Shown here piece by piece: positions 21,251 through 24,000 of a DNA stretch of 24,000 nt (positions are counted from its first letter, which is position 1; the number at the start of each line of letters is the position of its first letter). The notes beneath the pieces were generated by a model. That model was not told where the DNA came from. It made no database searches and worked only from the letters and a program-made list of their open reading frames with translations. Source of the DNA: Nanobdellota archaeon. Lineage in GTDB: Archaea; Nanobdellota; Nanobdellia; Pacearchaeales; GW2011-AR1. Where the stretch lies: positions 6,883 to 30,882 of the forward strand of contig JBBSYH010000016.1 in the NCBI GenBank assembly GCA_038045365.1, written 5' to 3'. Made by a program: the position numbers and the translations under genes.

Positions 21251-22240
21251 ATGGATGGGGAAAAGACAGCAAAGAAGAATTTGCTTAGAAAAGGCGAGGA
21301 AGTGGCAGGAAAAGCGATAAAGGGATATGATTTTAATAAAGGCGTTGATTATTCTGAAATTGTGAAGAACTATGGAGGTGTTGGATTTCAAGCAAGTCAT
21401 CTTGCTAAGGCAATAGAGATAACAAATAAAATGATTGAGGATAAATCCAGCATATTTCTTGGATATACAAGCAATATAATTAGTTCTGGGTTGAGAGAGA
21501 ATATAAGATATTTAGTTGAGCATAATAAAGTGAGTTTTCTTGTGACAACTGCAGGAGGCGTAGAAGAAGACATTATAAAATGCCTTGGTGATTTTGTCCT
21601 TGGAGATTTTAAAGCATCTGGGAAAAAATTGCGGGAAAAGGGAATAAACAGAATAGGAAATGTATTTGTTCCTAACAACAGATATGTTGAATTTGAAAAG
21701 TTTGTACAGCCTATTTTAGAGGAATTGTATCAAGAAGCTAAGAAAAAAGGGAAAGTACTTTGTGGTAGCGATTTGATATGGAAATTGGGAGAGAAGATTG
21801 ATAATAAAGAGAGCATTTATTATTGGGCATGGAAAAATAAGATTCCGGTTTATTGCCCTGCATTGACAGATGGAGCGCTTGGAGATAATATATATTTTTT
21901 CAGCTTCAAAAGAAATGATTTTGTTATTGATATTGTTGAAGATACTAGAAGATTGAACAATGCGACTATTGGGTTGAAGAAGAGCGGAGTGATTATTTTG
22001 GGAAGCGGAGTTGTGAAGCATAGCATTTTGAATGCGAATATGCTGCGCAATGGAGCAGATTATGCAGTTTATATTAATACTGCGCAAGAATTTGATGGAA
22101 GCGATGCAGGAGCTCTGCCTGATGAAGCTGTTTCTTGGGGGAAGATTTTGCCGGAAGGCGAGAGCGTGAAAGTTTTTGCAGACGCAACAATTGTTTTTCC
22201 GCTGCTTGTTGCTGAGACTTTTGCGAAGAAAGTGTATTAA
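21251..22240 (+). CDS. dys: Deoxyhypusine synthase
   Basis: [55 protein letters not shown] and [27 protein letters not shown] are characteristic DHS blocks. Confidence 0.92.
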   Translation: MDGEKTAKKNLLRKGEEVAGKAIKGYDFNKGVDYSEIVKNYGGVGFQASHLAKAIEITNKMIEDKSSIFLGYTSNIISSGLRENIRYLVEHNKVSFLVTTAGGVEEDIIKCLGDFVLGDFKASGKKLREKGINRIGNVFVPNNRYVEFEKFVQPILEELYQEAKKKGKVLCGSDLIWKLGEKIDNKESIYYWAWKNKIPVYCPALTDGALGDNIYFFSFKRNDFVIDIVEDTRRLNNATIGLKKSGVIILGSGVVKHSILNANMLRNGADYAVYINTAQEFDGSDAGALPDEAVSWGKILPEGESVKVFADATIVFPLLVAETFAKKVY

Positions 22241-22287
22241 AATTATAGACAGAAAGACTTATACAGTAGTTATATTATCTATATAAG

Positions 22288-22494
22288 ATGGAAAAGACAA
22301 CAATTCAAATCAATCAAAGCACGCTTGAACGACTTAAGAATATAAAAAAATATGAAAGACAATTTCATGATAGCGTGCTTAATGGTGTTCTAAACGAAAT
22401 TGAAGAAATACAAAAAGGATTGGAAGATATAAAGAAAGGAAGGGTATTTTCTATAAATTCTGTAGCAAAGGAACTAGGAATTATCTTAAAATAA
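22288..22494 (+). CDS. Ribbon-helix-helix type II antitoxin-like protein (ParD/RelB-like)
   Basis: 68 aa. TIQINQSTLERLKNIKKYE..HDSVLNGVL reads as an RHH strand-helix-helix, and the C-terminal IQKGLEDIKKGRVFSINSVAKELGI is typical of ParD-like antitoxin tails. Confidence 0.6.
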   Translation: MEKTTIQINQSTLERLKNIKKYERQFHDSVLNGVLNEIEEIQKGLEDIKKGRVFSINSVAKELGIILK

Positions 22495-22495
22495 G

Positions 22496-22553
22496 ATATA
22501 TCAAATTGAATTTTGTTGTTAGAATTAGGCATAGAAAAAATGTTTATGATTGA
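22496..22553 (+). pseudogene. Internally deleted RelE/ParE-family toxin remnant
   Basis: Frame 1 from 22496: (ATA)IYQIEFCC*, resembling the MYxIEF start of RelE-type toxins with ATG changed to ATA. Frame 2 from 22497: YIKLNFVVRIRHRKNVYD*, resembling the V.+I.HRK.VY C-terminus of RelE-type toxins. Only about 58 nt remain where a gene of about 260 nt is expected, immediately after the antitoxin stop. Confidence 0.45.
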
Positions 22554-22588
22554 TATAGAGGATAAATTCCTTGAGGTAAGTAGGAAGT

Positions 22589-22596
22589 ATTAAAAA
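22589..22596 (+). promoter_or_regulatory. TATA-like box (ATTAAAAA) for gatB
   Basis: 21 nt upstream of the ATG at 22618. Confidence 0.4.
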
Positions 22597-22617
22597 TATC
22601 TTTATATTTTATAATAT

Positions 22618-24000
22618 ATGGGAAAAACTGTCGCAATACAGAAAATACAGGAAGGCATGATTGGTTTGGAAGTGCATTGTTATATAAAAACGAAAGAGAA
22701 GCTATTCTGTAGGTGTGCAGCACACAGAGAAAAGGATGTTAGACCGAATACCTTCGTGTGCGCAACGTGCACTGGAATGCCGGGAGCGAAGCCAATGCTG
22801 CCGAATAAAAGTGCTGTTGAGAAAGCAGTGCAGATTGGATTGATGCTTGGATGCAAAATCAATGAAGAGTTTAGGTGGTATAGAAAACATTATGATTGGC
22901 CTGATTTACCGAAAGGATATCAAAATACTATTTCAGGAAAACATGCTTTGCCTGTTGGAATGAAAGGAGAGTTTTACGGAATAAAGATATCAAGCATGCA
23001 TTTGGAAGAAGATCCTGCTTCGTGGGAGCCAGATACAGGGAAAGTAGATTACAATAGGTCTGGTTTGCCTCTTGTAGAGATTGTGACAGAGCCTGATTTT
23101 TCAACTGCCGAAGAAGTTGTTGAATGGCTTAAGAAATTACTGCATAACCTTTCTTATTTGAAAGCAGTTGACTCAAACGCAGGAATTAAAGTAGATGTGA
23201 ATGTTAGTATTCCTGGAAAGACAGAGAGAATCGAAATAAAGAACATTAATTCTTTGGAGAATATTGGAAAAGCGATTGAATATGAATTAGAAAGGCAAAG
23301 GCATGATGGGGGGAAAGAAAGAGAAACAAGAAGGTTTGATGAAGCAAAAGGAATAACAATGAAAATGAGGGAGAAAGAAAGCGGAGAAGATTATAGATTT
23401 ATTGTAGAGCCTGATTTGATTCATATAGTTCTTGAAAAAAGAATGATTAATGATTTAGAAAAGTCTTTGCCTGAAAGTCCTGATGAAAAACTTAAGAAAT
23501 TGATTACTAAGTATAAAATAGATAAATATCATGCTGATATTTTGACGAAGAATATAGATATTGTTGAATTTTATGAAAGCGTTGCTGAAAAAATAGATGC
23601 AAAATTTGTTTTGTCATGGGTAACTGTTGAATTGTTGCGTGTTTTGAATTATAATAAGAAGACGCTTGCAGAAGTTGATATAAAAGTAGAGCATTTTGTT
23701 GAATTGCTTAGACTTGTGAAAGAAGGAAAAATTACAGAGTTGCAAGGGAAACAAATCTTAAATAAATTCTATCCAAAAAGCTTTATGCCTGAAAATGTGG
23801 AAGAGAAGATTAGTGGCAGAGAGGAATTGGAGAGAATTATTAGAAAAGTTGCTGGAGAAAATCCAAAAGCTGTTGCAGATTACAAGAAAGGAGAGAAGCA
23901 GGCGTTTAATTTCTTGATGGGAGAGGTAATGAGAGTTACAAAAAGAAGAGCGGATTTTAAGATTGCGAGGAAAGTGCTGGAGAAAGTGTTGAAGAATTAA
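22618..24000 (+). CDS. gatB: Asp/Glu-tRNA(Asn/Gln) amidotransferase subunit B
   Basis: GLEVHCYIKTKEKLFCRC, PNTFVCATCTGMPGAKPMLN-type block, YRKHYDWPDLPKGYQ, HLEEDPA, and the C-terminal YqeY-like tail AVADYKKGEKQAFNFLMGEVMRVTKRRAD. 460 aa fits GatB rather than GatE. The stop codon falls at the last 3 nt of the window. Confidence 0.9.
   Translation: MGKTVAIQKIQEGMIGLEVHCYIKTKEKLFCRCAAHREKDVRPNTFVCATCTGMPGAKPMLPNKSAVEKAVQIGLMLGCKINEEFRWYRKHYDWPDLPKGYQNTISGKHALPVGMKGEFYGIKISSMHLEEDPASWEPDTGKVDYNRSGLPLVEIVTEPDFSTAEEVVEWLKKLLHNLSYLKAVDSNAGIKVDVNVSIPGKTERIEIKNINSLENIGKAIEYELERQRHDGGKERETRRFDEAKGITMKMREKESGEDYRFIVEPDLIHIVLEKRMINDLEKSLPESPDEKLKKLITKYKIDKYHADILTKNIDIVEFYESVAEKIDAKFVLSWVTVELLRVLNYNKKTLAEVDIKVEHFVELLRLVKEGKITELQGKQILNKFYPKSFMPENVEEKISGREELERIIRKVAGENPKAVADYKKGEKQAFNFLMGEVMRVTKRRADFKIARKVLEKVLKN

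Noticed and set aside
1-24000. A search for tRNA/rRNA genes, CRISPR arrays, transposases, integrases and terminal inverted repeats
   Set aside because: There are no GC-rich structured islands in any spacer and no regularly spaced repeats. No ORF has recombinase or transposase motifs. The only repeats are the in-frame tfe tail duplication, the tbp TATA duplication and one 13-mer pair.

Overview
This is an AT-rich, very gene-dense 24-kb chromosomal segment that is clearly archaeal. It encodes eS17, aIF-1A, tRNA-splicing endonuclease EndA, TFE, TBP, RNAP subunit L/Rpo11, RadB, ATP-dependent DNA ligase, deoxyhypusine synthase and GatB. Its LeuRS and AlaRS are bacterial-type. Together with the tiny intergenic spacers, this suggests a small-genome DPANN-like archaeon (Woese-/Pacearchaeota-like); that placement is an inference, since no search was run. 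I support about 33 CDS, including three not in the ORF track: a truncated eS17, a 55-aa zinc-ribbon ORF and a toxin-gene scar. I saw no rRNA, tRNA, CRISPR array, transposase or integrase. Most of the window is housekeeping, and I cannot point to a convincing novel multi-gene defence-type system. The most unusual items are as follows. (1) AlaRS has a ~128-aa degenerate HAD-like domain inserted in its catalytic core and a minimised editing end. (2) Acylphosphatase is fused to a cis-prenyltransferase (UppS). (3) There is a membrane-anchored Kazal-type inhibitor-like protein. (4) A compositionally foreign (CGN-Arg, CpG-rich) processive GT2 synthase is translationally coupled to a membrane protein, followed by a paralogous CxxC-less Trx/Grx-like protein. 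(5) An orphan RHH antitoxin is followed by an internally deleted RelE/ParE-like toxin scar. (6) TFE has a long K/R-rich repeat tail. (7) The LeuRS has a bacterial core and an archaeal-style C-terminus. A TATA-like 8-mer lies a fixed 20-22 nt upstream of the ATG at about 18 genes, implying leaderless transcription, and I used this spacing to refine several start codons. All family assignments come from motif recognition by eye, not database searches.
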